Of a DNA stretch of 64,000 nt, positions 30,329-39,922 are shown piece by piece. The notes beneath the pieces are model-generated. The model made no database searches and was not told the DNA's origin. It saw nothing but the letters and a program-made list of their open reading frames with translations. The stretch's first letter is position 1; each line of letters starts with the position of its first letter. Position numbers and translations under genes: made by a program. The stretch spans positions 15,411 through 79,410 of the forward strand of contig LBOM01000003.1 in the NCBI GenBank assembly GCA_000989515.1. The letters run 5' to 3'. Source of the DNA: Candidatus Nomurabacteria bacterium GW2011_GWE1_32_28 (GTDB lineage Bacteria; Patescibacteriota; Minisyncoccia; Phycocordibacterales; UBA9973).

Positions 30329-30856
30329 ATGACATTAAAAAATAAATCAAACAAAAAAGGTTTTACTTTAATAGAGCTATTGGTGGTAGTAGCAATTATT
30401 GGTGTATTAGCATCAGTAATTATGGTTTCCTTGAATTCTGCTCGTGCTAAAAGCCGTGATGCTCGAAGAATGCGTGATATACAAGAAATTCATAATGCGA
30501 TTGAATTATATATCACAACAAATGGATATGCTCCAATTCTTGGAAATATAAATTGTTCAATTCCAGGATATGATAGTAGTTGTGGTGTTCCTGACACAGA
30601 ACCAAGTCGCTGGGATATACTAAAAGAAGAGCTCTCTCTTTATATAAAAGAACTAGCAAAAGATCCCTGTGGTGAATCATGCCATGATGATACAAAAAAA
30701 TACAATGGGTGGTTTTCTTATAAATACGAAGGCCCAGGAGCACTTGGTTATCTTATAGATCAAGATTTACCAGTAAACTCAGAAACATATCGTATTTATG
30801 CGCAAAATTTAGAATCTAAAAATTCTAGTTTCGGCTTTGGTCTTGGTTCATTTTAA
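30329..30856 (+). CDS. type IV pilin-like protein outside the main pilus locus
   Basis: MTLKNKSNKKG|FTLIELLVVVAIIG prepilin N-terminus. Confidence 0.7.
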   Translation: MTLKNKSNKKGFTLIELLVVVAIIGVLASVIMVSLNSARAKSRDARRMRDIQEIHNAIELYITTNGYAPILGNINCSIPGYDSSCGVPDTEPSRWDILKEELSLYIKELAKDPCGESCHDDTKKYNGWFSYKYEGPGALGYLIDQDLPVNSETYRIYAQNLESKNSSFGFGLGSF

Positions 30857-30862
30857 ATAATT

Positions 30863-32185
30863 ATGATGATATATATAGCTCATTCTTTTGTAAATATTTT
30901 TGCCGGTGGTAGAAGTAATATAAAAGTACATCTTTTAATTTTATACTTTATAAGTATATCTATCTTTTACTTTTTATTTAGAAAAAACACCACAGTAAGA
31001 CCAGATTGGAAATGGTTTGGCATAACTTTACTCATATCTTATTTTTACGGACTTTTTTTGCACATTTTTTATCTATTACAAAATAATCTTCATTTAACAG
31101 ATTTTATTATCATTGGTAATAATAAAGAGATATCAAGTTCAACTATCTGGCATACCCATATAGCAAAAGGTGTAATAGGACAAATTTTTTCTTTTTTTGA
31201 CAAAACCTATCTTCAAACAATGGATGCTGGAGGAGCATATATAGGGCTAATACCAAGTCCTATACTCTTAGCAGGGACGATGCTTTTTGTTGCCCTAATT
31301 TTGCAAACAATTTTTTACTTTATCACTTCTTTTAAAGAACTACTAAATAATAAAAACAAAAGACAGAAAATATTCCTTATATTTGGCTATTCTATAATTT
31401 CTTTTTCTTTAATAAAAACCTCAATAGATGGAGGTATACTAAACCCAAGTTTTTCTATCAGCTTAATTTTCATAACACTCTTTATCTTACGAACAAAAGG
31501 TAAGGTAATTTTAAATTATTACTACCTTATCTCTTTAGCTGGAATATTATTGCTAGCAAGTAGCTTATATGTTGATTCATTTAAATATGGTAGTGGTATA
31601 TATATATCATCAATTGCAACGTTATTACTCCTATATGGCATATTACTATATGGAAGTGAAGAAAAAATACGTTTACAATTTTTTATTCCACTTTTAATAC
31701 TTTTTCTCTCAGGCTGGTGGGTATCAAGTATTCGTGACAGAGAAATATATAATTATGGAAAAATAAACCTAGAACAAGGAAAAAAAATATATATTTATAA
31801 TGAAGAAAAAGAACTAATAGAAAATCAAATTTTAAAAGAAAATAAAAAAATATCCTCTATCTCAAAAGAACTAAATAAAAATATAACCTATACACCTCTC
31901 ACTATTCCTGGAATAACATGTATTCTAAAATCTCCAAGACAAAATATATCATTTGAACTAAAAACAAAAGAACCAATCAAAAATCTGTCAAGCTCATCTG
32001 ATTTTATCTATATAAAAAATAGTGAATCATCTTTTAATGGGAAAAATTGGACAACACAAGTTAATTTTTTTATGAACAACTGCACACCAGAACCACTATC
32101 AATTATAAATGGGGAATTATTAAAAAATAATATAAATAAATATTTTATAGTTAACCCAACCTTCGATGATACCTACAACCATTAA
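30863..32185 (+). CDS. large polytopic membrane protein of unknown function (>=10 TM)
   Basis: 440 aa, hydrophobic throughout, Asn/Lys-rich extracellular tail; directly follows the pilin gene. Confidence 0.3.
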   Translation: MMIYIAHSFVNIFAGGRSNIKVHLLILYFISISIFYFLFRKNTTVRPDWKWFGITLLISYFYGLFLHIFYLLQNNLHLTDFIIIGNNKEISSSTIWHTHIAKGVIGQIFSFFDKTYLQTMDAGGAYIGLIPSPILLAGTMLFVALILQTIFYFITSFKELLNNKNKRQKIFLIFGYSIISFSLIKTSIDGGILNPSFSISLIFITLFILRTKGKVILNYYYLISLAGILLLASSLYVDSFKYGSGIYISSIATLLLLYGILLYGSEEKIRLQFFIPLLILFLSGWWVSSIRDREIYNYGKINLEQGKKIYIYNEEKELIENQILKENKKISSISKELNKNITYTPLTIPGITCILKSPRQNISFELKTKEPIKNLSSSSDFIYIKNSESSFNGKNWTTQVNFFMNNCTPEPLSIINGELLKNNINKYFIVNPTFDDTYNH

Positions 32186-32669
32186 CAACTTTATAATTTA
32201 TTCTGTATTAATCTGGGGAACAAATATGCTTTTAAATGTTCTAGGGACAATAAAACTTCATTTTCCCTCAACTAAAAAATACGACAAACCTATCGATGCT
32301 AGAATAGAATACAAGGGTGATCGTTTGATAGGTGAATCAACAACTATTGTCGGATTAATAGTTTGTATAATGATAAGCATCATTTTGTATTTTGTTGGTT
32401 TTGATTTCAAATGGGTTATAATCCCTTTTCTAGTATATACAGGACATACTCTGGGAAGTATAATAAAAAGACGAATGCATAAAAAAGGAGGAGAATTCGT
32501 ACCGTTCATCGATCACGGAGACTATACCATAACGACAGGAATAATATTTATAGCCCTTGGTTATATTACACCAATATTTGCTATTTTAAGTATTTCTCTG
32601 ACCTACATCTTTCATCCTATAATGTGTTATTTAGCTTACAAAATAAAACTAAGAGAAAGACCCTACTAA
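32166..32669 (+). CDS. CDP-archaeol synthase-like (CarS/DUF46 family) CTP-transferase-like membrane protein
   Basis: GSIIKRRMHKKGGEFVPFIDHGDY resembles the CarS signature basic KRR...G...P..D..D; ~165 aa, 4-5 TM; true start may be the internal Met at ~32226. Confidence 0.4.
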   Translation: MIPTTINNFIIYSVLIWGTNMLLNVLGTIKLHFPSTKKYDKPIDARIEYKGDRLIGESTTIVGLIVCIMISIILYFVGFDFKWVIIPFLVYTGHTLGSIIKRRMHKKGGEFVPFIDHGDYTITTGIIFIALGYITPIFAILSISLTYIFHPIMCYLAYKIKLRERPY

Positions 32670-32730
32670 GTTGACTTTATAAGCAAAATAAGTTAAACTC
32701 TCCTTAGTTTAAAGTATTAATATATTCAAA

Positions 32731-33237
32731 TTGCGAGAAAGAATAAACAACCAAATACGAGCAAAAGAACTTCGTCTTTTAGACAATGAGGGTCAAAATC
32801 TAGGTATTTTAAGTATAAAAGACGCACTAGAATTGGCACAAAATAAAGGATTAGATTTGATTGAGGTTTCTCCTAATGCTAATCCACCAATTGCTAAGAT
32901 AATGGATTTTGGAAAATATCAATATGAATTAAGCAAAAAATTAAAAAAATCCAAAGCAAGCTCTAAACCAACAGAAACAAAATCAATACAAATTAAAATA
33001 GCAACTGGAGATCATGATTTAGAATTAAAAGCTAAAAATGCATCAAAATGGTTAAAAGAGGGTCATAGAATAAAAGTTGAGCTTTTCCTTGTTGGACGCA
33101 CAAAATACATGAACGAAAAATTCCTAAAAGAGAGACTAGATAGAATTCTACATCTAATAACAGAAAATTATAAAGTAGCTGATTCATACAAAAGAAACCC
33201 AAAGGGATTATTTATAACAATAGAAAAAGCCAAATAA
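32731..33237 (+). CDS. infC: translation initiation factor IF-3
   Basis: RINNQIRAKELRLLD...IAKIMDFGKYQYE; unusual start codon (TTG), as is usual for infC. Confidence 0.9.
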   Translation: MRERINNQIRAKELRLLDNEGQNLGILSIKDALELAQNKGLDLIEVSPNANPPIAKIMDFGKYQYELSKKLKKSKASSKPTETKSIQIKIATGDHDLELKAKNASKWLKEGHRIKVELFLVGRTKYMNEKFLKERLDRILHLITENYKVADSYKRNPKGLFITIEKAK

Positions 33238-33264
33238 GTTTATAAAGTAAAAAAGAAAAAATAC

Positions 33265-33459
33265 ATGAAAGGAATGAAAACAAATAAATCATATTCAAAA
33301 AGATTAAAACTTACAAAAAACGGTAAGCTTATTTCAAATAAACCAGGTTTTAATCACTTTAATGCTAAACAATCACGTTCAAAACAATTAGCTGGGAAAA
33401 AAGGTCAGAGTTTCCTAATTAAAAATAAACCTAAAAGTCACTTATTACCTTTTAATTAA
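33265..33459 (+). CDS. rpmI: 50S ribosomal protein L35
   Basis: MK..K..S.KRLK.T..GK basic 64-aa protein after infC. Confidence 0.8.
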   Translation: MKGMKTNKSYSKRLKLTKNGKLISNKPGFNHFNAKQSRSKQLAGKKGQSFLIKNKPKSHLLPFN

Positions 33460-33496
33460 AATAAAGACTAATAATTAGTAACCAGTAACCAATTTT

Positions 33497-33841
33497 ATGA
33501 CAAGAGTAAAAAAAGGAGTACATGCATTAAAAAGAAGAAGAAGTGTATTAAAACAAACAAAAGGTTTTAGACATGGACGAAGTACAAAAGAAAGACAAGC
33601 AAAAGAAGCACTTTTGCATGCTGGCAATTACGCTTTTGCTCACAGAAAAGATAAAAAATCACACAATAGAAAACTTTGGAATATAAAAATAAATGCTGGC
33701 GCACGTGAACTTGGAATGTCTTATTCGAAACTTATAGGTGAACTAAAAAAGAAAAAAATAATGCTAGATAGAAAAATTTTATCTGATCTTGCAGAAAATC
33801 AACCATTAGTTTTTACTAGAGTTCTAGAAAATCTAAAATAA
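33497..33841 (+). CDS. rplT: 50S ribosomal protein L20
   Basis: MTRVKKGV...RRR...K.TKGFRHGRS conserved L20 N-terminus. Confidence 0.9.
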   Translation: MTRVKKGVHALKRRRSVLKQTKGFRHGRSTKERQAKEALLHAGNYAFAHRKDKKSHNRKLWNIKINAGARELGMSYSKLIGELKKKKIMLDRKILSDLAENQPLVFTRVLENLK

Positions 33842-33878
33842 AAAAAACCTCTACTAGCTACTAGTAGAGGTTTTTTTT
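33841..33878. terminator. bidirectional intrinsic terminator
   Basis: A-run, cctctactag-cta-ctagtagagg 10-bp stem, then T8; between convergent rplT and gene 33877-34506. Confidence 0.75.
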
Positions 33879-34506
33879 ATTTATCTATCTTACATTTCTT
33901 AACAAGAATAATAACATCTTCTATAAGTTTTTTAGGATCATCACCAAAAATAATTCTATCATTAGGACGATGCCCTTTTGCAATTATATCTTCTAATTGA
34001 TCACTCATTTCCCATGGTCCTCTTAAAATCCCTATTACTTTATTATCTTCAAATGCAACAGTAAATTCATGTATAGTACCAATACGCCCACAACCAAAAA
34101 CAACTGCATCAGAAGAACGAGTAAGAAGTAAGTCTCGTCCAGGGTATCCAAAACCAGTATAAATAATCAAATCCATATAATCTAGAGGTAGTTTATATGT
34201 TTCTACATGTTCTTTTTCAGAAGCTGCCGGAGAAAGACCAATAGATATACCACCCTCTTCTTTAGCCCCCATGGCAGACCAAAAAGGAAAACCAGTAGTA
34301 GCACCAGTTACAACAACTGCTCCTTGTCGAGCTATCTCTCTTCCAAGTTCTTTTGCTATGTCTAATGTACCTGGACCAGAAAAACTAGTATCAGCTGCAC
34401 CAGAAACACATATTTTTATTTGATTATGTCCATGTTTATTGTAAGGACTAGGCGAAATATTATTATTCATATTTTTATTATAACAACAAGTAATAATCAT
34501 AAACAA
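33877..34506 (-). CDS. Rossmann-fold nucleotide-binding protein of the LOG/TIGR00725 (SLOG) family
   Basis: VVVTGATTGFPFWSAMGAKEEGGISIGLSP resembles the LOG/DprA-like GGGxGxMG region. Confidence 0.45.
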   Translation of the reverse strand: MFMIITCCYNKNMNNNISPSPYNKHGHNQIKICVSGAADTSFSGPGTLDIAKELGREIARQGAVVVTGATTGFPFWSAMGAKEEGGISIGLSPAASEKEHVETYKLPLDYMDLIIYTGFGYPGRDLLLTRSSDAVVFGCGRIGTIHEFTVAFEDNKVIGILRGPWEMSDQLEDIIAKGHRPNDRIIFGDDPKKLIEDVIILVKKCKIDK

Positions 34507-34543
34507 GTTTACTTGTTACTTTTTTAATGTCCAAGTGTTAAAA

Positions 34544-35908
34544 TTACAGAGAAAGTAAAACACTATCTCCTTGCTCCGGTGCAGATGCATCTACTCCTAA
34601 ATTATCTCTTATTTTTTGAACTAAAAACATAGAAGATTTTGGTTCACCCATAACCACAAAAACCTTCTTAACTGAATCTGAGGTATTCTCAACAAAATTA
34701 AATAACCCATCGCTATCTTTGTGTCCAGAATATCCCAAAATAACTTCAACATGAGCCTTCACACTTACTTCTTCTCCAGAAATGCGTACCTTCTTTGCAC
34801 CATCTTGAATCAAACGTCCTAATGTGTGTGTGGCCTGATACCCTGTAAGTAAAATGGTATTTTTAGGATCAGGTAAGAAATATTTTTCATGATGTACAAT
34901 ACGTCCACCAGAAGACATACCAGACCCAGCAATAATTATTTTTGGATTAGCTACTTTATTTATCATTTTTGATTCTTCTGATCTTAATGTAGAATGAAGA
35001 CCTGGAAAATCAAATAAATATTTATCTTCTGATAATACCTTTTTAGCCTCATCATTAAAATAATCCTTAAACTGCTTAAAAATTTCGGTTAAACGAATAG
35101 CAAGCGGAGAATCAAAAAAAATAGGTATCGTTGGTATGCGTTTGTTTTCTACTAGATCATTAAGCTCAAACAAGAGCTCCTGAGAACGTTCAAGAGAGAA
35201 AGTAGGTATTATTAAGGTCCCCTTCCTTTTATAATTATCTTCAATAATTTTTTCTAAAAGTTTTTTACGATCATTCCTGTTTTCATGATTTCTATCTCCA
35301 TAAACACTTTCCATTATTAAATAATCCGCATCAATTATTTTTTCAGTATCTGGTAATAATGGTGATGGTGAATTTCCCAAATCTCCAGTGAAAACAATCT
35401 TTTTGTTATTATAAATAAATTCAATCATGGCTGAACCTAAAATATGTCCTGCATCTTTTAAAGATACCTCTAAGTTCTCTGTAATTTTAATTTTTTCATG
35501 ATAATCAAAAGAAAGCCATTGAGAAAATGCTATCTTTATATTCTCATCAGAATAGATTTTTTTTAAATTAAACTCTTTATTTTTAGACAAGATACCAGCA
35601 GTATCTTCCAACATTGGCAATGTCAATAAACGAGTAGGTCTAGTCGAATATATTTTTCCACGAAAACCTTCCTCAATCAACTTTGGAATTCTACCTATAT
35701 GATCTATATGAGAATGAGTTATAAAGAGAATATCTATCTCTTTTGGATCATAAAGAAACGGTGACCAATTTATATCATCAGCTAGTTCTGACCCCTGAGT
35801 AAGTCCACAATCAATCAAGATTTTTTTATTATCAATCTCAAAAAGAAAATTCGCTCCTGTGACCGAACCTGTTCCTCCACAAAATGTTATTTTAGCAATA
35901 CCTGACAT
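34544..35908 (-). CDS. MBL-fold beta-CASP ribonuclease (RNase J / CPSF-like)
   Basis: metallo-beta-lactamase motif ITHSHIDHIG; 454 aa with beta-CASP and RNA-specificity region. Confidence 0.75.
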   Translation of the reverse strand: MSGIAKITFCGGTGSVTGANFLFEIDNKKILIDCGLTQGSELADDINWSPFLYDPKEIDILFITHSHIDHIGRIPKLIEEGFRGKIYSTRPTRLLTLPMLEDTAGILSKNKEFNLKKIYSDENIKIAFSQWLSFDYHEKIKITENLEVSLKDAGHILGSAMIEFIYNNKKIVFTGDLGNSPSPLLPDTEKIIDADYLIMESVYGDRNHENRNDRKKLLEKIIEDNYKRKGTLIIPTFSLERSQELLFELNDLVENKRIPTIPIFFDSPLAIRLTEIFKQFKDYFNDEAKKVLSEDKYLFDFPGLHSTLRSEESKMINKVANPKIIIAGSGMSSGGRIVHHEKYFLPDPKNTILLTGYQATHTLGRLIQDGAKKVRISGEEVSVKAHVEVILGYSGHKDSDGLFNFVENTSDSVKKVFVVMGEPKSSMFLVQKIRDNLGVDASAPEQGDSVLLSL

Positions 35909-35915
35909 AATTTAA

Positions 35916-36311
35916 TTATAACTTATTTTCTTTAATATGGATAATATTTTTAAAAAGATAAAATATTGTAAATAAACCTCCAGCAAGATCAAAAGAAAGA
36001 TCTGATATTGTGTCTAATATATTAAAAGAATTTTCTATTGTTGTTTTATTAACGATAATCTCAAATATTTCCCAAAAAATACCAATCAATAAAACACCTA
36101 AAATAATACTCAAAACTAATTTTAAATTAATTTCTTTAAGTTTAAAAAACCAAATAAAAATAGAACTAAGCCAAACTCCACCCCAAAAATGCATAAACAT
36201 ATCAAGATACCATATTGAATAATACCAATGAAATTTCATTGCCAAATAATTTAATAAAAAAATAAAAAAAATAAGCAATGTTATCCGTACTAAAAGTTTT
36301 TTAAAATCCAT
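35916..36311 (-). CDS. small hydrophobic membrane protein, unknown function
   Basis: 131 aa, 4 TM. Confidence 0.3.
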   Translation of the reverse strand: MDFKKLLVRITLLIFFIFLLNYLAMKFHWYYSIWYLDMFMHFWGGVWLSSIFIWFFKLKEINLKLVLSIILGVLLIGIFWEIFEIIVNKTTIENSFNILDTISDLSFDLAGGLFTIFYLFKNIIHIKENKL

Positions 36312-36368
36312 ATTAATATTATACGTCTTAAAAGAAAAAATCCCTACACCAAGTAGAGAATTTATCTT

Positions 36369-36492
36369 AGGGTTATTTCCGATATATTACCATAGCTTAA
36401 AACTAGGTGGGTACTAGACACGTAAAACCAAAGTTAAACATGATCGAAGCTCCCATAAGATAGTGTTCTAGGTAATAATCGGAAATAACCCT
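36369..36492. ncRNA. candidate structured small RNA (class undetermined; 6S- or SRP-RNA-like closed helix)
   Basis: agggttatttccgat-a-tattacc ... ggtaata-atcggaaataaccct forms a 22-bp stem (one bulge) enclosing ~80 nt; local GC well above surroundings; 245-bp gap with no ORF. Confidence 0.3.
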
Positions 36493-36556
36493 ATTAAAAG
36501 TATACCAAGAGATAAAAGATAATCAACTAGACGAACTTAATTTTTTGTTTTTTAAA

Positions 36557-37033
36557 TTACTCTTTATGCTCTGCATAAATAAAATCAGTATCAATTTTTT
36601 TATAACTAAAAATCTCTTCTTCTAGAAAAAAACGATTAACTTCAATCTCTCCTGTTTCTATTGAATCAGAGGCATGAACAATATTTGACTGAGTAGATAA
36701 AGAAAAATCACCGCGAATTGTACCAGCATCAGCTTCCCATGCTTTTGTAGGACCTACTATCAAACGAATTGCTGAAATTGCATTAATACCCTCGACAGCC
36801 ATAACTATAACAGGACAAGCTTGCATAAAATCACGAATTCCTGGGAAAAATGGCTTATCTTTTATGTGGGCATAATGTTCTTCTAGTAATGTAGTTTCTA
36901 TACTCATCATTTTTATACCAATAATTTTTAAACCCTTTTTTTCAAAACGACTTATAATTTCTCCAACCAAATTACGTTGAACTGCATCAGGTTTAATTAT
37001 TATTAAAGACTTTTCATTGTTTGGTCTTGTCAT
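36557..37033 (-). CDS. ndk: nucleoside diphosphate kinase
   Basis: IIKPDAVQRNLVGEIISRFE...NIVHASD catalytic His motif. Confidence 0.9.
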   Translation of the reverse strand: MTRPNNEKSLIIIKPDAVQRNLVGEIISRFEKKGLKIIGIKMMSIETTLLEEHYAHIKDKPFFPGIRDFMQACPVIVMAVEGINAISAIRLIVGPTKAWEADAGTIRGDFSLSTQSNIVHASDSIETGEIEVNRFFLEEEIFSYKKIDTDFIYAEHKE

Positions 37034-37096
37034 GTATTTTTATATTTAAAATCTACTAATATAAACATATTAGCAGATTTTTCTCTAAATTCCAAA

Positions 37097-39859
37097 CTAT
37101 TGCATAGTAGAATACCTAGACATTATTTCTGCCTCCACCTCTTCCCTATCTCTTCCATATTTCATATATGAAAGTTCTTTTAGACTATCTACAATTTCCT
37201 TATTTCCCTCTTCTGGTGCTAATGTTTTTATATTAAATGGTTTTGTAGGCTGACCACCCACAAGCATATTCATATAAGCATTATAATTATCTAATTTTGT
37301 TATATCATTTGCTGTAAATTGAGGCTTAAATTTAGGTTCCAAAAATGTTGCATCTTCTGTACCTACTCTAAACACAGCCATCGAACCAACGTTACCAAAA
37401 ACCGCATTTTTTATATTTTCTTCAAGCTGAGTAATATATTGATGTGCAATATTTAAAGACAATCTATATTTTCTAGCCTCAGATAAAATAGAAGCGATAG
37501 AATCAGTCGTAACATTTTGAAACTCATCAATATAAAGATAAAAATCATTCATGGGCTTACCAAACATATCTACACGAGAAAGTGCAGCCATTTGGATTTT
37601 ACCTACAAGCACGAGACCAATCAAATTCGCATTTATATTTCCAAGTCTTCCTTTTGAAAGATTTACTAAAAGAATTTTCTTCTCATCCATTATTTTTCTA
37701 AAATTAAATACAGAGTTTTGTTGAAGAACCACTGGACGCATAATGTCATTAGAAATAAAGTTGTCAAATTTTGAAGAAATATATGGTACAAAGTTTGCAA
37801 GAGATTGATCTCCAGAAGTTTGTTCTGCAGATACCCAAAATTGTTTAATGATAGGATTTTTACACTTAGCAAGTTTCATATCACGAAATTCTTTATCAGC
37901 TAAAACACGAGTAATCTCAAGCAATGTTGAACCAGATTCCGGATCTTCCATAACCAAAAAAGCACTATTTCTAAAATACTGTTCAAACATAGCACCTCCT
38001 CCGACTTTCATATCAAAAAGTTTATTAAAGATGCCCATCATTTCATTAACTACAAAAGTTTTCTGTTCTGGATAGCTTGGGTCATACTCAAGCATGTTTA
38101 ATCCCATTGGTCGTTTTGTATAAGCAGGATCAAAATAAATAACATCATCAATACGTTCTTTTGGAATACGTGACAAAATAGTCTGAATATCTGTCCCGTG
38201 TGGGTCAATATAACAACACCCATCACCATTTTTAATATCTTGAGTAATCATATTAAGCATAATATTTGTCTTTCCTGTACCAGTCTGTCCAATAACATAA
38301 AAATGCCTCATACGATCCTCACGTGACATATGAATCATTGTGTCTTTGCCTCTGTAACTATTTACACCCAAGATTATTCCATCTTGAGCTATTTCAAGTG
38401 GTGCAGGAGCAATACCAGCCCTAGTCTCCTTTAATTGAGGCTGACTTCCTATACCTACTGGAAAATGAAATACTGAAGAAAGTTCTTTTAAATTCATTGG
38501 TAATATTTTATCGTCTGAAAATATACGATATGAAAAATCATGAAAAAGTTGCTTTAAATCACTACCATGAAATTTTTCAAAAATAAAAGAATTACTCGCA
38601 GGTTCCGTAAATTGGTTAAAAGAAGATTGTATTTCATCTAAAATAGCATCAGCTCTCTCTTTTGTGTTTGCAGAAGTAATAATACGAATATTTGCTTTCA
38701 TAATAGTACTTTTCATTTTATTACCTATCTTTTCTATTGCTCCTTCATCTACAGCCCTCCTACCTTTTATGTATTTTTCTTCTGGTTTTTCTTCTTTTTT
38801 CTTTACACCAAAAATTAAACTTTTTGAAGCTTTGAAAAAGGCACGATTAAATTTATAGAAATTATCTGCAGCATGTTTTACTGATGAACCACTCTTTACA
38901 TCATCTAAAATAATATGAAATTCGTTTATAAATTTTTCTCCAGCAGGAGCCACCACAAGCTGTATGGCCGCACCTTCTCCTTCTGTTTTTAATTTAGAAA
39001 AAACATTAAGAATAATATTCATAGGGTCATGCTCAATCTGGTCATAAGTCCTTATTGGTAAAACTCCTCGCTCAGAAAAGCTAGCATAAGCACCAGCAGA
39101 TATACCCTTTTCATTAAAAATATTATAATCATCTTTTACCTCAAAAACTTTTGCATCATGATAAAAAGAAAGTACTTGTTTTTCAAAAAGTGAAATATGT
39201 TTATTTGGTATCGCTGCAAAAATAATAACTTGATCAGATACTACATCAAGTGCAACTTCCAATGTAAAATAATTTTCTTTTTCATTATTTCTTCCTTCTG
39301 AGATAGAATTCATTCCAGCGTAAAATTGCTCCATTGCACCAATAAATTCCTTAAAACCTTTTTCCTTGTCTCCTTCCTCTCTTGGTGGTGGTAATGTTAT
39401 TTCAAAAAGAGTCATATTAAGAGATTTATATAAAGGAGTACCTTCTTTTAAATCAAAAAATCGTCCAGTTTTAAAGTATTGAATTAATATTCTATGAAAA
39501 TCATCATCTATGTGTGGATTTGCCATAGTCTCTACTATAGATAATGCATTACGAACTCCTTTAGTTATTACAATACCTAAAAGTTCTTCCATTATCGTAT
39601 CATGTAGTTCAGGTTTTAGTTGTAAAACTATGGCTTCTGTTTCTTTTTTATCTAAAATATTATTTTTATGTATAATTTGTTCTATTGGTTTTTCTTTGTA
39701 TTCTTTTATAATATCTTTTACTGCATTCTCATTCGCATATTCAAAACGTCCTATGTCAATAAGTTCTTGTTCTCTCTTAGAGACATGAGCACGCAAATAA
39801 TTAATCTCTTCTTCCGGAGTATTAAATTTTGGCATCTCATTTAAAAAAGATCCTTCCAT
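37097..39859 (-). CDS. 920-aa protein with C-terminal VirD4/TraD/TraG-like (T4SS coupling protein / FtsK-HerA superfamily) P-loop ATPase; N-terminal ~480 aa unknown
   Basis: Walker A VIGQTGTGKT, Walker B YLYIDEFQNV, ILLVNLSKGRLG and HQY motifs in the C-terminal half. Confidence 0.55.
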   Translation of the reverse strand: MEGSFLNEMPKFNTPEEEINYLRAHVSKREQELIDIGRFEYANENAVKDIIKEYKEKPIEQIIHKNNILDKKETEAIVLQLKPELHDTIMEELLGIVITKGVRNALSIVETMANPHIDDDFHRILIQYFKTGRFFDLKEGTPLYKSLNMTLFEITLPPPREEGDKEKGFKEFIGAMEQFYAGMNSISEGRNNEKENYFTLEVALDVVSDQVIIFAAIPNKHISLFEKQVLSFYHDAKVFEVKDDYNIFNEKGISAGAYASFSERGVLPIRTYDQIEHDPMNIILNVFSKLKTEGEGAAIQLVVAPAGEKFINEFHIILDDVKSGSSVKHAADNFYKFNRAFFKASKSLIFGVKKKEEKPEEKYIKGRRAVDEGAIEKIGNKMKSTIMKANIRIITSANTKERADAILDEIQSSFNQFTEPASNSFIFEKFHGSDLKQLFHDFSYRIFSDDKILPMNLKELSSVFHFPVGIGSQPQLKETRAGIAPAPLEIAQDGIILGVNSYRGKDTMIHMSREDRMRHFYVIGQTGTGKTNIMLNMITQDIKNGDGCCYIDPHGTDIQTILSRIPKERIDDVIYFDPAYTKRPMGLNMLEYDPSYPEQKTFVVNEMMGIFNKLFDMKVGGGAMFEQYFRNSAFLVMEDPESGSTLLEITRVLADKEFRDMKLAKCKNPIIKQFWVSAEQTSGDQSLANFVPYISSKFDNFISNDIMRPVVLQQNSVFNFRKIMDEKKILLVNLSKGRLGNINANLIGLVLVGKIQMAALSRVDMFGKPMNDFYLYIDEFQNVTTDSIASILSEARKYRLSLNIAHQYITQLEENIKNAVFGNVGSMAVFRVGTEDATFLEPKFKPQFTANDITKLDNYNAYMNMLVGGQPTKPFNIKTLAPEEGNKEIVDSLKELSYMKYGRDREEVEAEIMSRYSTMQ

Positions 39860-39922
39860 TGTTTAATTATACAACAAAAAACAAATTTTAAAAATGCTAA
39901 AAAAAATTTATTCTTAAGTTTT

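Noticed and set aside
36369-36492. Interpretation of the 22-bp stem as a simple intrinsic terminator
   Set aside because: The stem encloses ~80 nt rather than a short loop and lacks a flanking T-run; it is more consistent with a structured RNA gene
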